DNA of 64,000 nucleotides from Eledone cirrhosa (lineage: Eukaryota), in assembly GCA_964016885.1 (NCBI GenBank), contig OZ024742.1:298282001-298346000 (forward strand), read 5' to 3'. The notes beneath the pieces were generated by a model. The model made no database searches. It saw nothing but the letters and a program-made list of their open reading frames with translations, and had not been told where the DNA came from. The position numbers and the translations under genes were made by a program. Within the stretch, counting starts at the first letter, position 1. Every line of letters begins with the position of its first letter. Shown in pieces: positions 51,162 to 64,000 of this stretch.

Positions 51162-51210
51162 TCATCATCATCGTCGTCGTTTAACGTCTATCTTCCACGC
51201 TACCATGGAT
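51159..51210 (-). mobile_element. ~50-bp extreme 3' end of RTE inside (TA)n
   Basis: (ATC)n-GTTTAACGTCTATCTTCCACGCTACCATGG, matching the RTE terminus. Confidence 0.7.
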
Positions 51211-53852
51211 TTATATATATATATATATCTATATATATGTCTGCCGGGGCTGTGGGTGGGCCCCATCGCGTACCAATACATTAGTTAAATACCATTCTTT
51301 CATCTGATATATCTCTAAATTATATTTTGTACAATATACATAAAGTATCCATTTTTCTAACTATACTAAAAATAAATGAAGTTATTTAATTTACGTTAAA
51401 AAAAAAAAAAACTTAAATTACTTGCAGAATAAACAAACTACACAACTGTTTTGTATTGCTTTTGTTTCATTTTGGCAAGGAACTTATTTTCTCACTAGTA
51501 AAATTATTGCTCAGGAATTTTCATCTGAAATATATTTTGATAGAAATTGAATAAAAAATTCCTATATAGAAAATAATACAAACATATAGTGAGGAAATAT
51601 GTAACTGAAAATGGTAGTTAACTCTTTAAGAGTCAAAAACATACTGGTCCACATTTTACCACCCACTCTTGAGTACTAAATATGTATTGGTATATTTTAG
51701 TTTAGCAAATGAAATACAACTCTAGACAAATAAATATAGCAAATTTGATCACAATATCTTTCTTCTACGTTTACCAATCTTTTGAAAAATGTAAAAATTG
51801 ATATGTAATCCCAGGCTGAGGCAGTAAAACAGTACTGGTGCCCAAAACAACACTGGTACTCAAGGAGTTTAATTTATGAAGCAAGTTTCAAAGAATGTAA
51901 TTTATATTATTTATTTATTAATTTATTTATTTTGCTCCAGATCACACATATATAGATTTAGCTATTTCATAGGAGGTTTCTTAGGTGTTTTAATGATAGA
52001 GACCCCACTTTTATCATTAAAAGACTCCCTTTTTATCCAGATACTAGTCAGTTGTAAGTGTTAACACCCAACTCCTCTTGTTGCTGCTGGTACTCATTTT
52101 TTTCCAGCTGAGTGGACTGGAACAATGAAAAATTAAGTAACATGCTCAAGGATACAAGCTGCCTACTCCAGCAATTGATCACCATAACAACCAGTTTTCA
52201 TGCTTTCACAGACAAAGCAAATTTGATAAAAAATCTCTCCTATTATATTTTAAACTATTTTCTTAATGCAAAAGTATATATGTAATCACAGCCTGGGGCA
52301 GTAAACTACTAAAAACAGTACTGGCACTCAAAAAGTTAAATTCATTAGCTGGTGAAAAAAGTGGACATACAACAGTGATGATAATGAAATAGAGTGACCC
52401 TGCTCCCCTAACCCTAACAATGGAACAGCCTGCTCATGAAATTAATGTCTAAGTGGATGAGCATTCAACAGACATGCATTTTTAATGTAATTTCTTGGGA
52501 ATTAAATTTTAAACTCCTTTTTTCAGCTGAGCCAACTGGAGCAATGGGAAATGAAATGCCTTGCTTATGGATATAATGCACAAACGAGAATTTAACTTAT
52601 GGCTTTATGATCATTAGTTGAACGCCCTAAACACTAAGCGACATGTCTTCACATTTATTGTAGTAAATATTGCACGATGGAATATGTGACTAGACAGAGG
52701 TGAAAAGAAAGGTAATTTTCATTTATAAACAATAGAAACATGAATAAATATGTACACAGTTGTCATGAATGAGATTTAATGTACATATATTTATTCTTGG
52801 TGTGAAATAAAGTCTGTGGATAAACCTCTCTCTCTCACTCACACTCACACACACACTCACACACTCACACACACACACACTTATTCTTTTATACTGTCAA
52901 TGGTTTCAATTATTTGACTGACCATGCTGGAGAACTGCCTAAAAAGATTTAGTCATTTGGAAAAGCAGATGTAAAAAAAATGATGATGATGATGATAACA
53001 ACCCTAATAATACTTTTAACAATTGCTATTTGTTGGATCATTAGAGAACCTATGTTGATGATCATGACAGTATTTAGCATAATGTTTGGAATTCAGGATT
53101 GGTATGCCATATATACAAAGATTACAGGATATATGAACAAGCATACAAACTGGGAAATCTGTGTTTTCATGAAATAATCCTGTGCATAAGGAAAACCCTA
53201 TAGTTATCTTGATTACTGACACATGGAAGTAATTAATGATAAAAATGATACTTTGATAATTTATTTCTAGATTACATATATGTTTAGCCTATGATATACA
53301 AATTAAATGATATACAAGATTAATTGTATGAGAAATTTCGGAAAATAACTATTCACAGAGACTTTAAACCAGAATTTTATGAGTGGAAATTGAACTTATA
53401 GTAGCAGCTTGACTGAAATAGGAAATATATTATGCATATGTGTGTGTATGTTTGTGAGTATAAATTTTAAAGAGTTATTATAGACATATATATCTATACA
53501 AGTACAGATGGCATGTCATTGAGGTTGATAATTAATACATACACAGGATATACTGTCTTTATATAAAGAGTTCCTATGTACAGGATTCTTCAGTTTGGTG
53601 ACATACATGAACACAGTATTTTTATAATTCAAATACATATGAAAATGAGAAAACTCATCACTAGAACAGCTGTTAAAACAAAAAAATGCCTCAGAGAACA
53701 GAGACCAGCCACCAGTGGTCAACAGAGAGACAATCGACAAGGTGGGTGACAAGCAGATGATAAATAGAATAGATTGAAAGAAGGGGAGGACAAGAAGTGT
53801 GTTGGCACATAGAAATGACTGGAAGAAGGAAATAACAAAAGGTGATTTAGAA

Positions 53853-54048
53853 CAGCCATGTCAAACTGAGGGTCCCCCAGGGGCCACATGGGTCACATAT
53901 CTGTTGTCTGGGGGCCACACATGACAACTAATTGTTCACATTACAACTAATTTTTTTAATTTTATATTAGAAGATAAAACATGCTCGCGCAGTAAAAACC
54001 TTTGTACGGGCCGCAGGTGGCCTGTGGGCTGCATTTTTGACATGCCTG
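53853..54048. mobile_element. hAT (Charlie-like) MITE
   Basis: TIRs CAGCCATGTCAAA / TTTGACATGCCTG; perfect 8-bp TSD ATTTAGAA. Confidence 0.85.
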
Positions 54049-55454
54049 ATTTAGAAGACAAGTCTACAAACACAAATCTTCACCCTCATCAGCTCTCAAA
54101 CCAGCAAATATATACCTTAATAATTATGTTCCATTGTCCTCTCTCTTAAGACCTCAATCACCACGTTTATGTAAGTAACTAATAAAAATGCAAAATACAT
54201 TGGTAGAAAATGATCTTGACATCAAGTCAGACCAAGGAAACTGTGTCCATTTGTCTTTCCATTGTTAATATTATCTATAATTCACAATTCCTGGTAGAAA
54301 TGTCACCAGTTTTCTAGTAAAACAGGATTTGAACTCAGAATGCACAAAGCTGAAACAGATACCACAAAGCATCCCATCTAATTCTTTAACAATTTGAAAT
54401 ATCCCCTTTAAACTGATACTTTGTTTATAAACCTAGGAAGGAAGAAAAGAAAAGTTAACCTTGGTAGGATTTGAACTTAGATCATAATGGGCTGGAAAAA
54501 AAATCTGATGCATTTAATTCAACACACTGTAACATTGATGAATTGTAAAGATGTAACAAAAATAAAAGGAAATATTTTAAAGAAAAAATAAAATTTGACA
54601 TATATCTTCTATTTTTATTTTTAACATGCTTTTACGCGAAGAATAGATTTTAAGCCATTACGTAAACACAACAGCTGCCTTTCTTCCTCTGCATATAATT
54701 ACGCCACTGTTAATATTTCATTACATTGTTAACTGGGGACTTCCAATGTTATATGATGGCTACGCTAGCTACATTGATTCTTTCTCTCACCCACTTTATC
54801 AGGTTTCCTTCCGTTGTGTTAAAAGAAAAATGGAAAAGAAAAAGATATCTTTTGATAAAAGAATTTGATAATGAGAATGCCAGGAATTCATTGTTAAACC
54901 TCACCCCTGGTCCTGCCATTCGCCCTATCCAACCATAAAGTACCTGCTATTCCATCCATCCAGGAATACGCTTTAATCAGTAAGTCTCCTCCTTTGTTTA
55001 TCCAGAAAGGAGCAGCAGGAAAGTTAGCACAAGTAATTGAGTGCTCTATTAAATGTTTGAGCTAGACTAAAATGTTTCATTGCTAGATATTATAGTTTGG
55101 TAGATAACATCTTGTCTGATAGATACAGTTTGTATCTTTCCACTTTGAAGTTGCTATTCCTTCCTCCCTAATGGACTTTTAGCGTGTTACAAATCCAGAA
55201 TGAACTAAATTTAGTGTATGTCTTTTAGTTTTGTTAAAATACAAAATATAAATTAAAAAAAAATTGAGAGAGAATGAGAGAAGGAAAAATGGAGAAGGGG
55301 AAAAACTAATTCTTGGCTGAATGGTATATCTCAGCTAAATAAGTACTGGTAATAAAATACAGGTGTTAATTCAGTTAGCTATGCCTATTCTGCTACAAGG
55401 CAGTGAATTGGCAGAATTGTTAGAGTAGCAGACAAAATGCCTTACATTACAAGA

Positions 55455-55677
55455 TTAACCCTATTGCATTTAAACCAGCCATATCTGGCCAGAATTTTCT
55501 CACCTTATTATGTTAAAACCTGCCATAACTGGCTGCTCACACTTATGTTAAGGTATTGTTCTCAAAATAAATAATATCTCGTAGATTTGTTATTATGTAA
55601 AATAATTATGTGAAATAAAGTGTTTACCATGAAAATACAATAATAGATATTGAGTAATGTAATTAATAAAGGGTTAA
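55455..55677. mobile_element. piggyBac-type MITE, inverted relative of 9773-9988
   Basis: TTAA-CCCT..AGGG-TTAA; shares the internal GGCCAGAATTTTCTCACC. Confidence 0.75.
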
Positions 55678-56279
55678 GCCTTGTGGATGTCAATGTTGCC
55701 TTTCATCATTTCAGAATCAATAAATCAATGGCCAGTCAACAGCAGTGGTTTAGTGGAATAGTTAAAGTACCAAATGGAAAATCTTATGTTATTTGTTCTA
55801 GCTTTTTATTTTCTGAGTTCAAATCTTGTAATGATTAATCAGCCACCATGCAAGTTATTGGATCGCCACTGTGTACACATCTTTATTTACCTATAGATAT
55901 ATATTAAGGACTGTAGTAATACTAAGACGCAGTGATCAGCTGATACCTGATGATGATGATGATGACTCTATAAAACTGGGCTTTGTTCCTGATCAACAGG
56001 AGTTAATAGCATTTTAATAATTCTACCCCAAATATCTTTGCTAGTTTATGAAGTTTTGTGGGAGCCTACACAAGGAAGAGCTAGCAGAGGATGACTAGCC
56101 AAGACCTATACCAAGCAGATTTGCTATGACATAAACTGCAATCCCTTTAACCTACCAAATATCAGGAACAATAGCATTGGATGGTGACAGAGGGTCAGAA
56201 TCCATGCAAGCAGTGCTACCTACTGACCCCATATATTTTGTGTTATGTTTCATATATTTTAAACTATTATTATCTAAAT

Positions 56280-56733
56280 ACACTGGGATAATTGCTGGTC
56301 TTGTACCAAAAGTAGAAACAATTATTATCTAAAGGGCGTTGAATTGACAGTATCAGTAGAGGGTCGGACGCCATGCTTTGACGCATAGAGTTACGGCCCT
56401 TGCTATTCTGAGTTCAAATCCCACCGAGGTTAACTTTGCCTTTCATCCTTACGGGGTCGATAAAATAAAGTACCAGTAATGTACTGGGTAATTGCTGGCC
56501 TTGTGCCAAACGTAGAAACAATTATTATCTAAAGGAAATATGGGCGGTGGATTGGCAGTATCGGTAGAGAGTCAGACACTATGCTTTGAAGCATAGAGTT
56601 ACGTCCCTTTATGATCTGAGTTCAAATCCCGCCGAGGTTAACTTTGCCTTTCATCCTTATGAGGTCGATAAAATAAAGTACCAGTAATGTACTGGGTAAT
56701 TGCTGACCTTGTGCCTAAAATAGAAACAATTAT
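56280..56733 (+). mobile_element. Stack of family A SINEs (one partial, two full length)
   Basis: Units separated by TTATCTAAA(GGAAATAT). Confidence 0.85.
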
Positions 56734-58089
56734 CTAAAGGAAATATAGTAGTTTTATGAAGGTTTCATCTGCTGTTTTGTCAATGAGGATAGCACAGTAC
56801 CTATGAACCTTTTCCACACCATTAAGCTTGATGTTAGGGAAGGAAGAAGTTATTTTTCATTAGGAGACCTGGTGTGAATTCTTGTAACATTGCAACAAAA
56901 TGGACGGCATTAAAAATACCAAATGTGTAGGTCATTTTCATCATCATTTTACATCCATTTTCCATACTGACATGGACTGGACCATAATGTTGTTAAGCAA
57001 AGCATAAGATTAAGTCTACTACGAAAGTAAGCTACAATGAGATTTGAGCCCAGAAGGCAAAGAACTGGAATAAGTACTGCAAAGCATCTCATTAAATGCT
57101 ATAACAATTCTGTTAATCTACCACAATTGAGAGGTACTTTATTTTATTGATCTTAAAAGGAATTGATCTTAGAATACAGGAAACTGGAATACATATTGCA
57201 AGACATTTTGTCCTGCATGCTAATGCCTCTGCCAATTTGCCATCTTTTGAAAGTTGATATTAGACACAATTATGGAATTTCAACCTCAGATAATGAAAGG
57301 AGAATAATTTTATTTATTTGCTACTTGATTAAAATTTACAAAATGCTTCAGTTTTAATCTAAATTGTTTTGTGAAGCCATACAAATTATTTTCTCACAAA
57401 ATATTTTAACAAAACATTGATTTTAAAAAAAAATATTCCTCAAGTAAATTGTTTTTAGCAAATATATCTAATCGATATTTGTCTGATATTAGAAATATTA
57501 ATACTATAAAAATTTTTATTTTTTCAAATAACAGGAGGGAAAATTATCAGAAAGTAAAAACTGTAATAATTTAAAAGACATTTAAAACAATATTTTGTCA
57601 GAATAAGGATTGGTAGACAATATCTAGTTTGATAAGATTCTATACCAGTAGGAAAGAAATGCTTTGGTTGTGTTATTTTATGAACAATAGTGAGAAAATC
57701 TTTTAATCTTCAGCAAAGAATTTCTCTGGTAAGTTCCAAAAACAAGACAGTAAGAAAATCCTTTTTGAAATGTAAGAGATTAATTTGCTAATCCAGTTCT
57801 TTGGTTCCATACAAACACATACATCTGGGAATAGAGTCAGCTTTAGTAAAAGAAGGAAGAAGTGCCAAAATTAATAGATTGGTTGGTGAAAAGACATTGT
57901 AAATATAGGGTAAGTTCAATTACTTTTTAAGTATAAAGGATGGGCAAAAGATAGAAGAAAAAGAATAAGTATTATACAAAGATATAATATACTTCTCCTT
58001 ACAATGTTGTCATTCTTTTAACTGAATAGTATCAATGCATTGTGAATGAAATTGCTAGATGGAAGTAATATGAAGCTTATTACACACAC

Positions 58090-58185
<96 letters not shown>

Positions 58186-58294
58186 AATGAATAATAACAG
58201 GTAGACATCATAAAAAGGTAATATATTCCGTGTGCTTACAAGTGTTTCCACAGTGGTACTGCAGCCTATTATTACATCTTGGATAATCCTATAC

Positions 58295-58327
<33 letters not shown>

Positions 58328-58332
<5 letters not shown>

Positions 58333-58500
58333 AAAAAGTATGACCCCCGACGGCAGAGCTCAAACCGTTTCCACGGCTATTTCTGGACTCGAGGTTATAC
58401 TATTTCTGCTGTCGGGGTCATACTTTTTCCTATTTCCCACTCTACTACCCTAAATATTGAGTACTCTGGTGCGTTATGGTCCATCTGGTTCCTTAACACA
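58328..58500. mobile_element. Hairpin-bearing small repeat element
   Basis: ~29-bp inverted arms ATAGGAAAAAGTATGACCCC..GCAGA spanning 58328-58433; the downstream part is an inverted relative of 26290-26360. Confidence 0.6.
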
Positions 58501-58755
58501 ATTCCTTTGGTATATATATGTATACACACACACACACATAAATATACATATACACACACATATATACACACGCACATATATATATATATATACATATACA
58601 CACATATACACACACAAACACACACACATATATATACATATATTTACACATATATACACATATATATATATACACATATATATACACACACTCATATATA
58701 TATATATATACACATACATATATGTGTGTGTATATATATATATATATGTTTGTGT

Positions 58756-61124
58756 ATCATCATCATCATCATCATCATCACCGTTTTACGTCCGTTCTTC
58801 CACGCTAGCATGGGTTAGACGGGTTGTCCTGTTGTGGGCAGTGTCTGGTCGGCTGACCATGCCTTGCTCATACAGGAACTGATCTGGCTTGATTTCTACA
58901 GCTGGATGCCCTTCCTAACACCAACCTCATTTACAGTGAGTGCTGGGTGCTTTTTCGTGGCGCCTACACGTCCACTTTACAGTGTGGGCTGGGTGCTTTT
59001 TTGCCGTGGCACCTCCACGACCACCTTGCGATGGGGGGGGGGGGGGCATATTGTTTATATGCTTCAGCATGTACCCATGGGAGGTCGGGTACCCTGTATT
59101 ACTGCGTGACGCCAGAAGTCACGGTCGTGTGTCATTGACTTTGAGAGGTGTAGTTGGGTAAGGTCGGCTTTTATCACCTCATCCCAAGTCATCTTGGGTC
59201 TCCCCACTCCGCGGTTTCCATCAACTTCTAGTGCTCTGCACCTTTTTATGCAGCTGTCATCCTTCATACGCATCACATGTCCATACCAGCGTAACCGCCT
59301 CTCCTGCACGCAGCATTTGATTCCTCTTATGCTCAGTCTCTCTCTCAATTCATTTATGCTTTGTCGTTCACGTATATTACTGTTACACATCCATCGGAGC
59401 ATGCAGGCTTCGTTTCTCTCTAATCTACGTAAGTCTTCCACCTTCAGCGCCCAGGTCTCACTACCATGCAACATCGCTGTTCGGATACACGCATCATACA
59501 GTCTGCCTTTCATTCTGAGGGAGAAGCCTTTTGCAGCTAGCAGTGGTAGTAGTTCCCTAAACTTCTTCCATCCCGTTCTTACCCTAGTTATTGTACTTTC
59601 TGAGCACCCACCTCCGTTGCTAATTCGGTCACCTAGGTAGCAGAAGCTGTCTACTGTTTCTACAGGGCCCTCCCAGAGATTGGTGGTACTTGTTTCCTGT
59701 GGCTGTTTGCTTGCTGTTTCAGCACAGCTGCTGCATGTGAATCCTACATTCTTAATTAAGCTTCCTGAGATCCCGCTACATCTCTTGTGTACCCATTGTT
59801 TGCATTTGGGGCAAAGAATGGAGTTCCTACCTACACCTTTCCTACATACTGAGCAAGGCCATTTCCCTGAGGGGATCTGGGTTCTGTTTTCTCGTCTACT
59901 TATAAGGACCTTAGTCTTTGTCATGTTGACTTTGAGGCCCTTTCTCTCTAGTCCCTGCTTCCAGGTTTGGAATTTATTCTCTAGTTCTACCATAGATTCA
60001 GCTATGAGTGCGAGGTCATCAGCATACATGAGTTCCCATGGGCATCCGGTCTTAAACTCCTCCGTTATTGCCTGCAGGACTATGATGAACAGGAGAGGGC
60101 TAAGAACAGAGCCCTGGTGGACCCCAACCTGTACGCTAAATTCCTCGCTATACTCATTGCCAATCCTAACTTTGCTGACTGCTCCCCTATACATGGCTTG
60201 TACCGCTTTCACAAGCCATTCATCTACTCCTAGTTTTCTAAGAGCCCACCAGATTACTGCACGTGGAACTCTGTCAAAGGCTTTCTCAAGGTCGACAAAT
60301 GCCAAGTAGAGTGGCTTACTTTTAGCTAGGTACTTTTCCTGTAATTGCCTCACAAGGAAGAGGGCATCAGTGGTGCCTTTCCCTGGTACAAACCCAAATT
60401 GCATCTCGTCTATATTCACCCGGTCCCTAATCAGCTGTGCTATAACTCTTTCTGTTACTTTCATGACCTGGTCCATCAACTTTATACCTCTATAGTTTCC
60501 TCTATCTAGTGCATCGCCTTTACCTTTGTAGCAGTTGACAATGATGCTACTGCACCAATCTTTTGGTATGGCCCCCTCTAGTATTACCTGGTTAACGATA
60601 CGTGTGGTTATAGTGTGACCTACAGACCCAGATGCCTTCAGCATCTCGGCAGCTATACCCGATGGACCGGTTGCCTTCCCTATCTTCATATCTCTGATTG
60701 CCTTACTTACTACGCTGCCGCTGACTTGTACTGCTGGTCCCTCTATAGGGTCTACGTGGGGTAGGGTCTCTTCTTCCCATGCATTCTCCTCATTTAGTAA
60801 TCTATCATAATGACTCTTCCATGCATCTTTCTTCTCAGCACTTGTGAGGGCAAGCTCACCTTTATCATTCCGGATACACTTCTCTCCAATGACATCACAA
60901 CTATCTCTGACACACTGCCTCGCAATCTTGAATACCTCCTGTTTCTGGTCCTCACGTTGTAAAACATGCTTGAATTTTCTATCCTCTGCTTCCCTCCTAG
61001 CTAAGTATACTTGTCGCCTAGCTTCCCTCTTGGTCTCTATGTAATGTACCCTGCTCCCCCCGTTCTTCCATTCTTTCCATGCCTGTCTCTTGGCCTTGAC
61101 TGCTTCATCTACCTTATTGTTCCG
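58756..61124 (-). mobile_element. RTE LINE, 5'-truncated, diverged subfamily (RT-PHD ORF 59064-60689 open)
   Basis: FVDLEKAFD, QGSVLSPLLF, YADD, C4HC3 finger, (GAT)n tail; flanked by long (TA/CA)n tracts. Confidence 0.95.
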
Positions 61125-61317
61125 TATGTATATATATATATGTGTGTGTATGTATGTGTATATATATATGAATATTTATGTACACGCATATATATATATG
61201 TACACATATATATGTGCATTTGTATACAAGTGTGTGTGTGGATATATATATGTATATTTATATACACACATATATATATATATATACATACACACACATA
61301 TATATGTATATATACAT

Positions 61318-61358
<41 letters not shown>

Positions 61359-61363
61359 TACAT

Positions 61364-61396
<33 letters not shown>

Positions 61397-61424
61397 CATA
61401 CATATACATACATACATATATATA

Positions 61425-62010
61425 TGGTGGTAGCTGCCAACTCTTTTTCGAGTACGGCCACTACATTATATCCATGTAGGAGAACCCTTACCGATGCGCT
61501 GAACAAGTGTGACTTTTTATTCCAACCAGCGACTTGAAAACTCTGGTACAAACACTCCACTTGTGACAATTATTGACACATAGTGCTGGGCCCATGGTAC
61601 CATGTGATGACAAGTGCAGAGAGATCTCCAGATATAAAGCAATGCCTGTGCCGTGAAGCACAAAGTCAGTCCCACTCTCTTAACCAAGATGATATTTACC
61701 AAAAAGAAGAAACAAGTCATCATTGGATACCATCAGGGTTGCAGGTGTTATATCAGAGTTTTCCTTCTCCTAGAATTCTGCCTTGACAAAGGCTAAGGGG
61801 TCATCTCTCCCAGTGATTTTGGATGGCCATTGACTCTTAAAAGCTCCTTTGCCTTTTGACAGGTTTTGTTTTTAGTCCTGCAGGATGTCCAAAGTCACCC
61901 TCCTCACCAACAAACCTTGGTAGGGTTGCCAGTTTAGTCTCCAATGACCCGACCATGGGCCAGGTTGTACTGGGATACATGTTACCAGTAGCACCAACTG
62001 GTGACCTGAC
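61425..62010 (-). mobile_element. Probable LINE 5'-region remnant
   Basis: GC-richer block between microsatellites; the ACTGGCAACCCTACC-type motif is reminiscent of RTE 5' regions; not confirmed. Confidence 0.3.
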
Positions 62011-62045
62011 ATATATATATACACATGTATACATATGAATACATA

Positions 62046-64000
62046 TCATCATAATCATCATCATCATCTTTGTTTAACGTCCATTTTCCATGCTAGCATG
62101 GGTTAGACGGGAGTTGTCCCGCTTGAGGCAAGGCTAGTCATGTGACCGTGTCTCGCTCATATAGGACATATATCTGGCAGGTTTTCTACGGTTGGATGCC
62201 CTTCCAAACACCAATCACATTTACAGTGTGGAACTGGGAACTTTTTACCATGTTACCTACACGTCCACATTACAGCGTGGACTGTGTGTGTTTTTTGTCA
62301 TGACACCTACACGATCTCGATCTCATTTTCTCGTGCTGTTGGTGGGAGTGGGGGGATAGGGTAGGGGTAGTGGATTGGGGTGTATATTTGGTTAAGAGGT
62401 GCCTACTGACTGTAGGTTGTGCTTTGTACATAGGCAAGGCGGGTCTTCTGTATTACTGCGTAGCGCCAAAGATCTCGGTCCAGAGACATTTTCTTAGAGA
62501 CATGTAAGTGTGTGAGGTCGGAATTTATCAGATCATCCCAGGTTTTTCTGCGTCTACCTACTCCGTAACTACCATCAATTTTGATCGCCCTACCATTTTT
62601 TATGCAGCTGTCGTCTTTCATGCTGTCGTCATTCCTTTCCAGTCTACGCAGGTCCTCTGCACGTAATGCCCATGACTCACTGCCATGTAGCATTGCTGTT
62701 CGTATACAGGCATCATACAATCTGCCTTTCATTTTTAGAGAGAAACCTTTTGTGGACAACAGCAGTATAAGCTTACTGAACTTTTTCCAGCCCGTTCTGA
62801 CTCTGGCTACTGTACTTTCAGAACACCCTCCACCACTGCTGATTTCGTCACCCAGGTAATGGAAAGTGTCTACTATTTCTATAGAACCATCTGGGCAATA
62901 GAAAGAGCTAGTATCCTTTGGACACTTGCTACTTATTGCACCTGAGCATCGGCCACATATAAAGTCTACGTTCTTAGATAGTTTACCTGTGATCCTACTA
63001 CATCTTTTATGTACCCATACTTTGCATTTGGGACATAAAATGGAATTTCTGCCTACTCCTTTCCTACACACTGAGCATGGCCATTTCCCTGAGGGCACCT
63101 GTGCCCTACTTTCCTTTCTACAAACTAGAACTTTAGTCTTAGACAAGTTAACTTTCAAGCCTTTTGATTCTAGACCATGCTTCCAAGTTTCGAATTTCTT
63201 CTCTAGTTCAGCCATTGATTCAGCTATGAGCGTTAGATCATGTGTATAGGAGTTCCCATGGGCAGCCGGTCTTGAACTCCTCTGTTATAGCCTGAAGGGC
63301 AATAATAAATAAGAGGGAGCTAAGGACAGAGCCTTGATGAACGCAAAATTTTACACTAAATTCTTCACAATATTCATTGTTAATTCTAACCTTACTGACT
63401 CTTTCATTATACATAGCTTGTATAGCTCTCACAAGCCATTCATCTACACCTAGTTTTCTAAGAGCCCACCAGATAATGGAGCAGGGGACTGTGTCAAAAG
63501 CTTTCTCCAGGTCTACAAAAGCTAAGTAGAGGGGTTTACTTTTAGCTAGGTACTTCTCTGTAGTTGTCGTACAAGGAAAAGAGCGTCTGTGGTACTTTTA
63601 CCTGACACAAACCCAAACTGAATTTCATCTAGATCAATTCGCTCTCTGATTAGTTGCTCTATAACTCTTTCTGTGACATTCATGACCTGGTCAACTAACT
63701 TAATGCCTCTATAGTTTCCCCTATCTAGAGCATCCCCTTTACCCTTGTAGCAGTTAATGATGATGCTGCTACGCCAGTCTTTCGGTATGACCCCATTCTG
63801 TATTACTTGGTTAACTATACGGGTGACCATAGTGTGTCCCACCATACCAGATACCTTCAACATCTCAGCAACTATCTCCGAAGGCCAAGCTGCCTTGCCT
63901 GTCTTCATATCTTTGATTGCCTTACTTATTATACTACCTTTAACTTGCACTGCTGGTCCTTCTATCGGATCGATTTGGGGCAGACTATCTTTTTCCCATT
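62046..64000 (-). mobile_element. RTE LINE, frameshifted, runs off the window end
   Basis: RT and PHD fragments (63546-63950, 63238-63432, 62403-63215) closely similar to 13419-16826; internal deletion near 62625; (GAT)n tail. Confidence 0.95.

Noticed and set aside
50763-51525. Upstream exons that might supply a signal peptide to the repeat ORF
   Set aside because: Both candidates contain stops in all frames, and the 50817 acceptor lies in a hAT-like remnant; at best 5' UTR.
58018-61569. Many YIYI/HTHT/VCVC ORFs (also near 6.0, 21.8, 26.5, 33.1 and 40.9 kb)
   Set aside because: Translations of (TA)n/(CA)n tracts.

Overview
AT-rich, microsatellite-dense animal genomic DNA; the repeat repertoire suggests a mollusc, probably a coleoid cephalopod such as Octopus (inference). 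No conserved host protein-coding gene is recognisable. Content: (i) four copies of an RTE-clade LINE carrying a PHD finger inside its RT domain, inserted in (TA)n/(CA)n tracts; one copy is intact except for a 1-bp frameshift; (ii) two Tx1/L1-clade LINE copies sitting in (GATA)n tracts; (iii) CR1 3' fragments, a Chapaev-like transposase fossil, non-autonomous Helitrons, piggyBac and hAT MITEs, and many tRNA-derived SINEs, including stacks of SINEs at one target site; (iv) an 8.3-kb 27-bp-unit minisatellite (42.35-50.66 kb) whose frames read as Pro-, His-, Gly-, Val- or Thr-rich polymers, including a 2,392-codon stop-free frame that the ORF track missed; (v) several minimal type I hammerhead-ribozyme motifs of the Penelope/retrozyme kind; (vi) a near-perfect 290-bp-arm palindrome and several shorter hairpins; (vii) a weak candidate multi-exon small-ORF or lncRNA gene starting at a CpG-rich promoter near 38.6 kb. 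All calls come from reading the sequence by eye, so boundaries of degraded repeats are approximate.
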